Assembly (NCBI GenBank): GCA_031419035.1
Contig: JANOKC010000139.1
Location: 444-64,443, forward strand
Reading direction: 5' to 3'
Source of the DNA: Novosphingobium sp.
GTDB taxonomy: Bacteria; Pseudomonadota; Alphaproteobacteria; Sphingomonadales; Sphingomonadaceae
Length of the DNA: 64,000 bases
This document shows, one piece after another, positions 37,728-46,759 of this stretch. The translations under genes and the position numbers were made by a program. Within the stretch, counting starts at the first letter, position 1. Every line of letters begins with the position of its first letter. The notes under the pieces were generated by a model. The model did not search any database. It was not told the origin of the DNA and saw nothing but the letters and a program-made list of their open reading frames with translations.

Positions 37728-38911
37728 TTTTTCCACGCTCCAAATCCAAACCACATCACCCCTTCGGCAAGTCGCCCGGTTGTGGCCTGGCCAACCACCT
37801 CTGCCGCGTCATTTGCGACCATATCGGCAATCGCCTGCTCGCCGTAGATCCCGATCGAGGGGACGACAAACTGGATGTAATCTTCCTCGGCAAAGCCAGC
37901 GTTAGCGCATAGCTCAGGCGGATTCTCGTCCCGGAAGGCCTTGTAGAACGGCTCCTCGTTATAATAGCCGTCCCAATCCAGGTAGAAGCCATCGAACGCG
38001 CTCATCTCACGATTTGGCGGCAGCTCCATGTGCAGCAGCAAGCCGCCCGGACGCAGGACACGATAGGCTTCGGCAAAGGCGGCGGTGCGGGATTTCTTCG
38101 ATAACTCATGCAGGAACATGCTGCTCCACACCACATCAAAGCTGGCATCCGGATACGCGAGCCGATCCGCGCACATCTGCTGAAAATGGACTTCCTGTCC
38201 CTGCAACTTTGCCCGCGCCGAGCCATAGGCGAGCGGCCCCGGCGCAGCATCAATCGCGACAACTTCGGCGGCGGGATAGGTCTGCTTCCACGGCAGCGTG
38301 TTGTGCCCAATCGTGCAACCCGTATCGAGGATCCGCTGCGGCGCGAAATCGGGGTAACGCAGCTTGATGTATCTGGCCATCGACAGGCCGATGTCATCAA
38401 GGTTAGCCCCCATCAGACCCATCGAAAAAACCGCCAGCCCGCGGTCATAAACCGCGCCCGCCTCAAGGCTATCGGCGCCCCGCGTATAGCCGCCCGGCAT
38501 CAAATGAACATCGACGGCTGTGACATTTCGCGGTATTTCAAGGGTGGGATCCAGCGTCAGCGAACCCGGCGCAGTCTCGGCCCGCTTTGCTTCTGCCGCC
38601 AAACGATCCCGCTCACGCTCGACACTGCCCGCGACGCTGGCCCAGACCATTTTCTGCGCCTGAACCCGCATTGTAGAGTAGATGTTGAAGGCGGGATCGC
38701 CGCGCAGCGCCAGATGCGCCTCGCGGCTGGTCGCGGGCTCGCGCCCATGAGCCCTGCGATAAGCCGGCTCGGCCCGCCGATCATAGGCGCTGCGCAAATC
38801 GGCAGCGAGGTCGTTCAGGATCAGGTTGCGAATGCCCGAAACGAACCGGCCGCGCGCAACTTCATCAGGGGTTTTCTGCGCATTCATCGCGTGCTGCAAC
38901 TCTAGCGTCAT
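37724..38911 (-). CDS. Class I SAM-dependent methyltransferase-fold protein (paralog 2)
   Basis: ILDTGCTIG, DASFDVV, RVLRPGG, DVHLMPGGY, NEEPFY. Confidence 0.88.
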   Translation of the reverse strand: MTLELQHAMNAQKTPDEVARGRFVSGIRNLILNDLAADLRSAYDRRAEPAYRRAHGREPATSREAHLALRGDPAFNIYSTMRVQAQKMVWASVAGSVERERDRLAAEAKRAETAPGSLTLDPTLEIPRNVTAVDVHLMPGGYTRGADSLEAGAVYDRGLAVFSMGLMGANLDDIGLSMARYIKLRYPDFAPQRILDTGCTIGHNTLPWKQTYPAAEVVAIDAAPGPLAYGSARAKLQGQEVHFQQMCADRLAYPDASFDVVWSSMFLHELSKKSRTAAFAEAYRVLRPGGLLLHMELPPNREMSAFDGFYLDWDGYYNEEPFYKAFRDENPPELCANAGFAEEDYIQFVVPSIGIYGEQAIADMVANDAAEVVGQATTGRLAEGVMWFGFGAWKK

Positions 38912-39420
38912 GGCTTGGCTCCGTCAATCTGCGCGATTCCCTCGGGCGGGAAGTCCGCGCTATAGCTATCATCACCCACGCGCCCGACAAGGTCTTCTCG
39001 CAACGGTGCCTCAGGATAAACCGCGACGATATAATCGCCAGCAGGCGGGCTGAGACGCAGGGGTTTGATCTGTTCCTGATAGGTCTTGCTGTTCCAGAAC
39101 GCTTTGGCATTGGCCATGCAAGGGAACCGGACAATCAGATTGACGTAGCCTGCGGGCGCCGCGCCTTCGAAGATTTCCTGCGGGAAAGCCAGGTTCACAT
39201 AGTACCCGCCAAGCTGCCTGTAGAGCCCGCTATCGGCAATTGCCTTGCCATAAGCCAACATCCGCACCCGATCATGCGTGGGGCCGGAAATGACCATGAT
39301 CACTGGCTGATCGCAGATGCCCGAAAGCGGCGCGGCGGCCCGCGCACCGGCAAGCGGCTTTGCCGCTGTCACTGCCGGATCGACAGCTTGCGCCAGCATC
39401 AACAGGCCTGCCAGGATCAC
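38908..39420 (-). CDS. DUF1330-like exported dimeric alpha+beta barrel protein
   Basis: Signal-like N-terminus. LGGYY, IVRFP..ANAKAFWNS..YQ..IKPLR motif. Confidence 0.7.
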   Translation of the reverse strand: MILAGLLMLAQAVDPAVTAAKPLAGARAAAPLSGICDQPVIMVISGPTHDRVRMLAYGKAIADSGLYRQLGGYYVNLAFPQEIFEGAAPAGYVNLIVRFPCMANAKAFWNSKTYQEQIKPLRLSPPAGDYIVAVYPEAPLREDLVGRVGDDSYSADFPPEGIAQIDGAKP

Positions 39421-39872
39421 GGCGTTCTCTCCTCGTTACAAAGCGTCCATTTCCATGGCCGCCCATCCTGAAACCATTGCCAGGTCCGGGCGCGCGTCAG
39501 GCCATCGGCGGCAATCGCGATCATCTCGATATAATAGGCACCCGGCACATCGAGCCGGTCCAGCTTGAGCATCAGCACATCCTCGGCAGTTTGCCAGCCA
39601 TATCCGGCGAAGCGGTCGGTTTCCCAGACCAGCTTTTCGCCCTCCAGCTTGCCGCCAAATTCGTAAGTGGCTTTGCGCCCGTCCTCCCACTCCAGCCAAT
39701 TGTGCTGGATATAGTGCCACTCGCCATGATCGGGAAATTCGCACCAGGTCTTGACCCGGTGGGCATCGAGCAACGCGCCATCGCCAGCAAAGTGCCGATA
39801 CCAGCCGTCCCAATGCCCCTCGTGGCGCAGCATCGCAGGCATTGCGGCGGCAAGCTGGGCGCGGTTGCTCAT
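39417..39872 (-). CDS. DUF3598-like beta-barrel (lipocalin/calycin-like) protein
   Basis: N-terminal HEG.W.G.Y calycin-type motif, Trp-rich beta strands, RARTWQWF...E.R C-terminus. Confidence 0.65.
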   Translation of the reverse strand: MSNRAQLAAAMPAMLRHEGHWDGWYRHFAGDGALLDAHRVKTWCEFPDHGEWHYIQHNWLEWEDGRKATYEFGGKLEGEKLVWETDRFAGYGWQTAEDVLMLKLDRLDVPGAYYIEMIAIAADGLTRARTWQWFQDGRPWKWTLCNEERTP

Positions 39873-40777
39873 GCTTGCGATTGCCAGCTGGAAACGATTT
39901 CGCCGCCGCTTGCGAACCAGCATTCCTGCCGCGCTGCCAATCGTTCCAGCAGCCGCTCGAAAGCGGCGATCCGATAGGGCAGACCCATGATATAGGGCGT
40001 GACGTGGATCGGCAGCATCCGCCCGCCGCCGGTTGCTGCTGCTTCGCCCACCAGCCAATCGAACGCATCCTCCAGGCTCTGCGCCCAGCTATCCGCCGAT
40101 TGTTGCTGCACCGTGATGATCTGGCGATCGGACAGCTCGTGGTTGAGCGGGCAGTTGATCAGGCCATTGTTGAAACGGTATGGCAGCTCGTCATTGACCC
40201 AGTCAGCGCACCAGACAATGCCATGTTCCTTGAGCAGATCGGGAGTTCGAAAGCTTTGCGAGCGGGCGATGGAGAGCCAGCCAGATGACCGCACGCCGCT
40301 GGCCGCTTCAAGCCGGGCCAGGGCATCGGCGATCAAGGCCCGCTCCTCGGCCTCGGTCAATGAACTGTCGATCGTGCCGTTCATGTCGGTGGAATGGGCG
40401 ATGATCTCATGCCCGGCCAGCGCTCGGACCAGTTCGGGATAGCGCTCCGCCACCGCCGCATTGGTCGCAAAGCTGGCGCGCGCGCCAATCTTATCCAGCG
40501 CATCAAGCATCCGCCACACTCCCACCCGGTTGCCATAATCGCGCGCGGTATAATGGCGATAGTCGGGATAAGCAGTCTGCATATGGCCCGGCGCGCGGAA
40601 CGGAGTGTCGCTGGGCACAATCGGGAACCACTCAAGGCTGACGCAGACCCACACCGCGACCGAGCCCTTGGGCCAGGTGATCGGCGGACGCTGATGCAGC
40701 GCGGACCATGGGTAAAGATCATGGTCATAACCAAGGCGGCGGCGCGGATATTCGAGATAGGCGGGATCGAGGCTCAT
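39869..40777 (-). CDS. Polysaccharide deacetylase family, PuuE-like hydrolase (paralog 2)
   Basis: WP..SVAVW..SLEWF, DYGNRVGVWR, DWVNDELPY, ELSD. Confidence 0.88.
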   Translation of the reverse strand: MSLDPAYLEYPRRRLGYDHDLYPWSALHQRPPITWPKGSVAVWVCVSLEWFPIVPSDTPFRAPGHMQTAYPDYRHYTARDYGNRVGVWRMLDALDKIGARASFATNAAVAERYPELVRALAGHEIIAHSTDMNGTIDSSLTEAEERALIADALARLEAASGVRSSGWLSIARSQSFRTPDLLKEHGIVWCADWVNDELPYRFNNGLINCPLNHELSDRQIITVQQQSADSWAQSLEDAFDWLVGEAAATGGGRMLPIHVTPYIMGLPYRIAAFERLLERLAARQECWFASGGEIVSSWQSQA

Positions 40778-41655
40778 TTCTGCTGCTCCCGCCAGGCATC
40801 GACAATCTCACCGGCGTGGGCGATCCATGCCCGGCCATCGGCGGCGATATGGCGCAGCGCCTCTTCGAACGGGCCGATCCGGTGCGGCTGGCCGATCAGA
40901 TAGGCATGGAGCGGAATACACATGACCGTGCCGGAATTTTCGCCCTCAGCCGCCAGCCGCTCATACTGGCGGACCAACGTATCGGCATATTCGCGGCCCG
41001 ACATATTATAGACGAAGAAGCCGTAGTGATCGTTGACCTCGAGGCTGTAGGGGATCGAGGCAAGCTGCCCGCTGGCGACTTTGACATCCTGCACCTGATC
41101 GTCGTGATAGAGATCGCAGGTGTAATCGAGGCCCGCCTCTGCGATCAAATCAAGCGTGTGCGGGGTATGGGTCAGCGCCGGGGCGAGCCAACCGCGGATC
41201 GTCTGCCCGGTTGCCTCACGTACGGTGCGGATCGAATCATCGATGATTGCGCGCTCTTGGGCCTCGTCCATCCCATAGGCATAGCGGGTGTTGTAGATGC
41301 CGTGGCTGAAGAACTCCCAGCCGCGTGCATTGGCGTCAGCGACCAGTTCGGGATGGTGCTGGCATAGCGCGACCGAAAGGCTGACCGAGCCGGAAAAGCC
41401 ATGCTTGGACATGACGTCGGCCATCCGCCAATGCGAAACGCGGTTGGAATGATCGCGGTGGCCATAGCCAACGACATCGGGATGCGGGCGGGTCCATGCC
41501 TTGCGGCTGGGATGGGCGGGCGGATCGATCTCGTAATATTCAAGATTGGGCGCGATCCAAACTGCCACGGACTTGCCACCGGGCCAGGTAATTTTCGGGC
41601 GGCCGCGATAGGCGGCGTAAGCATACAGACCCGGATCAGGCGCACCTTCCCTCAT
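40774..41655 (-). CDS. Polysaccharide deacetylase family, PuuE-like hydrolase (paralog 3)
   Basis: WPGGKSVAVWIAPNLEYY, RGWLAP, HDDQ, PYSLEVND, PLHAYLIGQP. Confidence 0.88.
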   Translation of the reverse strand: MREGAPDPGLYAYAAYRGRPKITWPGGKSVAVWIAPNLEYYEIDPPAHPSRKAWTRPHPDVVGYGHRDHSNRVSHWRMADVMSKHGFSGSVSLSVALCQHHPELVADANARGWEFFSHGIYNTRYAYGMDEAQERAIIDDSIRTVREATGQTIRGWLAPALTHTPHTLDLIAEAGLDYTCDLYHDDQVQDVKVASGQLASIPYSLEVNDHYGFFVYNMSGREYADTLVRQYERLAAEGENSGTVMCIPLHAYLIGQPHRIGPFEEALRHIAADGRAWIAHAGEIVDAWREQQK

Positions 41656-42332
41656 CGCGCGGCGAACCAATCGATCACGGCCTGAACCGGCTCGACATCG
41701 GCATATTTCAGCTGAAGATCGGTCAGATTGGCGAAGTGATAGCTTTCATGCTTGTCGGCGCAGGTTTCGATCGGGACAATCGTGCGATAGCCGTGGCTAA
41801 GCGAATCAACCGCAGTGGCGCGAACGCAGCCAGATGTGGAACCACCGGTCACCACCACCGTATCGACCTTGTGCCAATTGAGGTAGCTGGCCAGCTGGGT
41901 TTCAAAAAAAGCCGACGGCATCCGCTTGGTATATTGCAGATCATCCACGCCTATTTCGACCCGCGGATCATACTGGTGCCGCTCGCTGTCATATTTGATG
42001 TTCTGCAAACTGTCGGGCGTATCGGTGCGGGTGCCCCAGATCCCGGCGTCGCCAGCGTCAGCCTTGTAGGCGACGCGGGTCCAGATCACTGGCATGCCAT
42101 AGCTGCGCGACAAGGCACTGATAGTATTCACATATTCAATCTGACGCGGGTCAGTTTCATAGGCGGTCGCGAACTTGTCGAGCGCGGTATAGGCCTGCTG
42201 GAAATCGACATTCACCACAGCCAGCTTGTGCCCGAAGCCAAACTTCTTGCGCGCCGGATTGGCCATCACCGCGTCAAAGATCTGCCGGGCGGTCTTGCCA
42301 TCGGTGACCATCCGCGTGCCGAGCAAACGCAT
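41652..42332 (-). CDS. Isochorismatase-family cysteine hydrolase (maleamate amidohydrolase NicF/N-carbamoylsarcosine amidase-like)
   Basis: Asp-Lys-Cys triad: NVDFQ, TKRMPSAFF, STSGCVRATAVD. GFG..A and KYADV motifs. Confidence 0.9.
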   Translation of the reverse strand: MRLLGTRMVTDGKTARQIFDAVMANPARKKFGFGHKLAVVNVDFQQAYTALDKFATAYETDPRQIEYVNTISALSRSYGMPVIWTRVAYKADAGDAGIWGTRTDTPDSLQNIKYDSERHQYDPRVEIGVDDLQYTKRMPSAFFETQLASYLNWHKVDTVVVTGGSTSGCVRATAVDSLSHGYRTIVPIETCADKHESYHFANLTDLQLKYADVEPVQAVIDWFAAR

Positions 42333-42391
42333 TAATTCGAACTCCCTCGCTTGCGCAGACTTTGCCGCCGGACTATTGCCTTGTCGAGCGA

Positions 42392-42409
42392 AATTTGTCC
42401 GGACAAATT
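42392..42409. promoter_or_regulatory. Operator palindrome AATTTGTCCGGACAAATT
   Basis: Perfect 18-bp palindrome in the 78-bp divergent gap, ending 1 bp before the ATG at 42411. Confidence 0.78.
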
Positions 42410-42410
42410 C

Positions 42411-43793
42411 ATGTCTATATCCATCTCACGTCACTATCTGACGATCAATGGCCGCCGCGTCCATTATCGCAGAGCGGGCAAAGGTCCGCCACTGCTGATG
42501 GTGCACCAAAGCCCGCGCTCATCGGGTGAATATGAAGAGCTGATGCAGCAATGGGGCGCGCAGTTCACTTGCATCGCGCCTGATACCCCTGGCTTTGGCC
42601 AATCCGAGCCGCTTGCAAAGGCCGTTCCTGACATCAATGACTATGCCGATGCGCTGGCGGAGTTTGTGCATGCGGTGGGGCTGGATCGGGTGCCTGCCTA
42701 TGGCTTCCATTCGGGGGCGATCATTTTGATTACCGCGCTGAAGCGCCATCCGGCCTTGTTCACCGGCATTGCGGCAGGCGGTTATGCCGTCTGGACCGAG
42801 GCCGAGAGCAAGGCCTTTGGCGAAAACTATACCCCGCCCTTCCTGCCGCTGCCCTATGGCGAGCATCTGATCTGGGGCTGGAACCGGATCCTGGAGCAAA
42901 GCTGGTTCTTCCCGTGGTATGACGCCCGGCCCGAAACTCGGCTGGCAAGCGCCCATGATGATCCGGCGCGGGTTCAGGATATCATGATGGAAATCCTCGC
43001 CGCGGGGGATTCCTTCCGGCTGGGCTATGCCGCCGTGCTGCGCGCGCCGCGCGATGTGCCGCCGCCAGGCAGCGTCACGGCGCCTGTATTGATCACTGCC
43101 TATGATGCTGATCCGCTTCAGGTGCATATTGACCGCCTGGGAGCGATGCCGCCGAACTGGTCTGCTTTCAAGGTGGCAACGCCGGCCGAGCATCTGGCTG
43201 AGAGCCTGTCGTTTTTGCGCGGACTAGAATCCGATCCCTGCGCGCCGCTGGCGCAAGACCCGGACCAGGGCTTCATCCACATACAGACCGATCAGTTCGA
43301 TGGCCTTATCCATTGGCATGGCGCCGATAGCGCAACTGCAGTGACCATTCCCGCCCCGGGCCGGGCCGCCGCGCTGGTCAATGGCGCTGCGTTCGATCCG
43401 CCGGGGCATGGTCTGTCCGATGATTGGAAGGGCGCAGCACCAACCGCATGGCAACCGTGGCGCGAGGTGTTCGAAGCGGCCTGCATCCAGCGCGGCTTCA
43501 CCGCCGTGCACCATGAAAATGTAGCCCAGGGCGATCCGGACCAATTGTTCCCAAGTTTCGCGCCTGATCGCTTCGGCTGCCATTTGACCAAGGCATGGGC
43601 CATCGTCCGTGCCCGGCATTTCTTCGAGCCGTGGTATGCTGCTTGTGCGAGCAATGCGCGCGACTTCGATCCGGCGGCCCTTGCCCCCGAACGCCTCGCC
43701 CTGGAGCATCTTGCATTGCTTCAGGCACGTACTGCGCTTGCTTTTGCGCAAGCCCTGACCAAAGCTGGTGGAGAGAGTTTTGTCGATCCATGA
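42411..43793 (+). CDS. Alpha/beta hydrolase-fold protein (GFHSG elbow) with a degenerate second domain
   Basis: LLMVHQSP, DTPGFGQS, YGFHSG. A second DPPGHGLSD motif and P...G.HL..AW repeat in the C-terminal half. Confidence 0.82.
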   Translation: MSISISRHYLTINGRRVHYRRAGKGPPLLMVHQSPRSSGEYEELMQQWGAQFTCIAPDTPGFGQSEPLAKAVPDINDYADALAEFVHAVGLDRVPAYGFHSGAIILITALKRHPALFTGIAAGGYAVWTEAESKAFGENYTPPFLPLPYGEHLIWGWNRILEQSWFFPWYDARPETRLASAHDDPARVQDIMMEILAAGDSFRLGYAAVLRAPRDVPPPGSVTAPVLITAYDADPLQVHIDRLGAMPPNWSAFKVATPAEHLAESLSFLRGLESDPCAPLAQDPDQGFIHIQTDQFDGLIHWHGADSATAVTIPAPGRAAALVNGAAFDPPGHGLSDDWKGAAPTAWQPWREVFEAACIQRGFTAVHHENVAQGDPDQLFPSFAPDRFGCHLTKAWAIVRARHFFEPWYAACASNARDFDPAALAPERLALEHLALLQARTALAFAQALTKAGGESFVDP

Positions 43794-43875
43794 TGGTCTG
43801 GTTGAAATCCGAACGGCACTTCTCGAAATGCTGGCTGCGCGCGACTGGCGCTCGCTAGCAAGATAGGGCCGCCCA

Positions 43876-45243
43876 ATGGCAAAGACGCTGTTTGAAAAGA
43901 TCTGGGAAAGCCACCGCGTTGCCGATCCGGCAGCGGGAGTCAGCCTGATCGCGATTGACCGGGTGTTCCTGCACGAGCGGACCGGGGCAGCGGCGCTGAA
44001 AAGCATGGCGCAGGCCGGCCGCAAGCTGGTTGATCCAGCGCGCGTATTTGCGGTGATGGATCATATCGTCGACACAAGACCAGGCAGGGGCGATCAGACG
44101 CTGGTGGCAGGCGGGCAGGCCTTCATCACCGAAACCCGCGCGGCCGCACAGGCTGCCGGGCTGACGCTGTTCGATGTGACTGACCGCGATCAGGGCATTG
44201 TCCATGTGATCTCGCCAGAACTTGGCATCGTGCTGCCGGGGCTGACGCTGGTTGCGCCCGATAGTCACACCTGCACCCAAGGCGCATTCGGCGCGCTGGC
44301 CTGGGGTATCGGATCGAGCGAGGCCGAGCACGCCATGGCCACCGGCACGCTGCGGCTGGCCCGGCCGCAGACCATGCGGGTCAGTTTTACCGGAACTCTT
44401 AGCCACGGGGTTACCGCCAAGGACATGGCACTGACGCTGATCGCCCGCCACGGCGCGGGCGGCGGCGCGGGGCATGTGGTGGAGTTTGCCGGAGACGCCG
44501 TGACCGCGCTCGATATGGAAGCGCGGATGACCCTGTGCAATATGGCGACCGAGTTTTCGGCGATGACCGCGATCATCGCGCCCGATGCGCAGGCCTTCGC
44601 CTATCTGGCCGGGCGGCGCTATGCCCCGGCCCGTTTCGATGCGCCCTATTGGGCCAGCCTTCACAGCGATCCGGATGCGGAGTTTGACTACGAGATTACC
44701 ATCGATGCTGCCAGCGTTGCGCCGATGGTCAGCTGGGGGACCAGTCCCGAACAGAGCATCGCGGTCGACGCCCGGATCCCGCAAGGGCCGCAGCGCACCC
44801 ATGACTATATCGCCCTGGAGGCGGGCCAGCGCATTGCCGGAACGCCCATCGACGCGGCTTTCATCGGCAGCTGTACCAACAGCCGCCTGTCTGATCTGCG
44901 CCGCGCTGCCGCGATCCTGAAAGGACGCCGCATCGCGCCCGGCATCGCCAAGGCGCTGGTCGTCCCCGGAAGCTCGGCGGTGAGACGCGCAGCGGAGGCT
45001 GAGGGGCTCGACAAGATATTCACCGACGCCGGGTTCGAATGGCGGGAAAGTGGCTGTTCGCTGTGCTTCTATGCCGGCGGCGAAGGCTTCGCGCCGGGCA
45101 GCCGCACGATCAGCAGCACCAACCGCAATTTCGAAGGACGGCAAGGCCCCGGCATCCGCACGCATATCGCCAGCCCCGAAACCGTCGCTGCCAGCGCGCT
45201 GGCTGGCTGCATCGCCGATCCGCGCAAGGCGGCAGCGCCATGA
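43876..45243 (+). CDS. leuC: Aconitase-family hydratase large subunit (3-isopropylmalate dehydratase-like)
   Basis: KTLFEKIW, QGIVHV, DSHT...GAFG, FIGSCTN.R, SGCSLC, STNRNFEGRQG. Confidence 0.9.
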   Translation: MAKTLFEKIWESHRVADPAAGVSLIAIDRVFLHERTGAAALKSMAQAGRKLVDPARVFAVMDHIVDTRPGRGDQTLVAGGQAFITETRAAAQAAGLTLFDVTDRDQGIVHVISPELGIVLPGLTLVAPDSHTCTQGAFGALAWGIGSSEAEHAMATGTLRLARPQTMRVSFTGTLSHGVTAKDMALTLIARHGAGGGAGHVVEFAGDAVTALDMEARMTLCNMATEFSAMTAIIAPDAQAFAYLAGRRYAPARFDAPYWASLHSDPDAEFDYEITIDAASVAPMVSWGTSPEQSIAVDARIPQGPQRTHDYIALEAGQRIAGTPIDAAFIGSCTNSRLSDLRRAAAILKGRRIAPGIAKALVVPGSSAVRRAAEAEGLDKIFTDAGFEWRESGCSLCFYAGGEGFAPGSRTISSTNRNFEGRQGPGIRTHIASPETVAASALAGCIADPRKAAAP

Positions 45244-45845
45244 TCCCCTTCACCACCCTTACCTCACGCGCGGTGCCGCTGCTGCTCGACAACATCGATA
45301 CTGACACGATCATTCCCAGCCGCGAGATGCGCTCTACCGGGCGCACCGGGCTAGCGGACGGACTGTTTGCGCCATGGCGCTACACCAATGCGGATCAGCG
45401 GATCACCGACCCCGCGTTTGCGCTCAACCAGCGCGATGCGGCAGGAGCCAGCCTGCTGCTGGGCGGGGCGAACTTCGGCTGCGGATCGAGCCGCGAACAT
45501 GCGGTCTGGGCACTCAAGGAATATGGCATCGCCTGCGTCGTCGCAGAGAGCTTCGCCCCGATCTTTCGCGGCAATTGCATCCGCAACGGGTTGTTGCCAA
45601 TTGAGCTGCCGCGCGTTGCGATAACAGCGATGCAGTGGCAGATTGTCACCGTTGATCTTGCCGCGCAGGAAGTTCGCGCTGGTGCTGAAGTGTATCACTT
45701 TGCCGTGGACGCAGAGGCGAAAGCCATGCTGCTGGGCGGGCTGGATGTCATTGACCTGACCCTCCAGTCCCGCCCCGCAATCAAAGCCTGGACCGAAACA
45801 GACCAGAAGCTGCGACCATGGGTTTATCTGGAGAAACACGCATGA
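45240..45845 (+). CDS. leuD: Aconitase-family hydratase small subunit (3-isopropylmalate dehydratase-like)
   Basis: NIDTDTIIP, NFGCGSSREHA, SFAPIF..N. Confidence 0.9.
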   Translation: MIPFTTLTSRAVPLLLDNIDTDTIIPSREMRSTGRTGLADGLFAPWRYTNADQRITDPAFALNQRDAAGASLLLGGANFGCGSSREHAVWALKEYGIACVVAESFAPIFRGNCIRNGLLPIELPRVAITAMQWQIVTVDLAAQEVRAGAEVYHFAVDAEAKAMLLGGLDVIDLTLQSRPAIKAWTETDQKLRPWVYLEKHA

Positions 45846-46759
45846 ACCGGATCCTCATTTCAGAAGTTGGCCCGCGTGACGGGCTGCAATCGATCAGCCG
45901 GGTGATGCCGCTGGAGGCCAAGAAAGCGTGGATCGCGGCGGAGGCTGCGGCGGGTGTGCCAGAAATTGAGGTTGGCAGCTTCGTGCCGCCCAGCCTGCTG
46001 CCGCAGATGGCCGATACGCCAGAGCTGGTCGCGTTTGCGCGGGAAATTCCCGGCCTCAATGTCGTGGCGCTGGTCCCCAATGCCAAGGGCGCAGCGCGGG
46101 CGGTGGCGGCGGGGGTTCACGGAATGAGCATCCCCTTTTCGATGAGCGAAACCCATTCGCTGCGCAATGTCCGGATGGATCATCCGGCGATGCTGGCCGA
46201 GATTGCCGCCGCGGCGAAAATCGCAGCAGCAGCGGGGGTCCATTTCGCAGTGGGGCTATCGACCGCGTTTGGCTGCACCATCGAGGGCGCGGTGAGCGAG
46301 GATCAGGTAGTGCGCCTTGCCGCTGCTGCTGCCGAGGCCGGAGCGCAGGAATTCAGCCTGTCAGACACCACCGGCTATGCCGATCCGGCGCAGGTCAAGC
46401 GGCTGATCCGCAAGGTGCGCGGCGCGGTGGGGGCAAAGCTGACGACATTGCACCTCCACAACACTCGCGGGCTGGGCCTGGCCAATGCGTTGGCGGGGTT
46501 GGATGAGGGGATCACCACGCTTGATGCCTCGCTTGGCGGGCTGGGCGGGTGCCCCTATGCGCCGGGCGCTTCTGGCAATCTGGTAACCGAGGATCTGGTG
46601 CTGATGCTCAACGCCATGGGGCTTGAAACCGGGATCGATCTGGACCGGCTGCTGGCGGTGCGGAAAATCCTGGAACAGGCGCTGCCAGGCGAGCCGCTCT
46701 ATGGCTTCACCCCGGATGCCGGGCCGATGCTCGACTATCACGAAAGGCTGGCACGATGA
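45842..46759 (+). CDS. Hydroxymethylglutaryl-CoA lyase-like enzyme (DRE-TIM family)
   Basis: EVGPRDGLQ, HLHNTRG, GGLGGCPYAPGASGN. Confidence 0.92.
   Translation: MNRILISEVGPRDGLQSISRVMPLEAKKAWIAAEAAAGVPEIEVGSFVPPSLLPQMADTPELVAFAREIPGLNVVALVPNAKGAARAVAAGVHGMSIPFSMSETHSLRNVRMDHPAMLAEIAAAAKIAAAAGVHFAVGLSTAFGCTIEGAVSEDQVVRLAAAAAEAGAQEFSLSDTTGYADPAQVKRLIRKVRGAVGAKLTTLHLHNTRGLGLANALAGLDEGITTLDASLGGLGGCPYAPGASGNLVTEDLVLMLNAMGLETGIDLDRLLAVRKILEQALPGEPLYGFTPDAGPMLDYHERLAR

Noticed and set aside
43876-45845. Leucine biosynthesis operon
   Set aside because: No leuA or leuB nearby. The genes are linked to a CoA transferase and lyase under the cluster operator. The symbols denote homology only.
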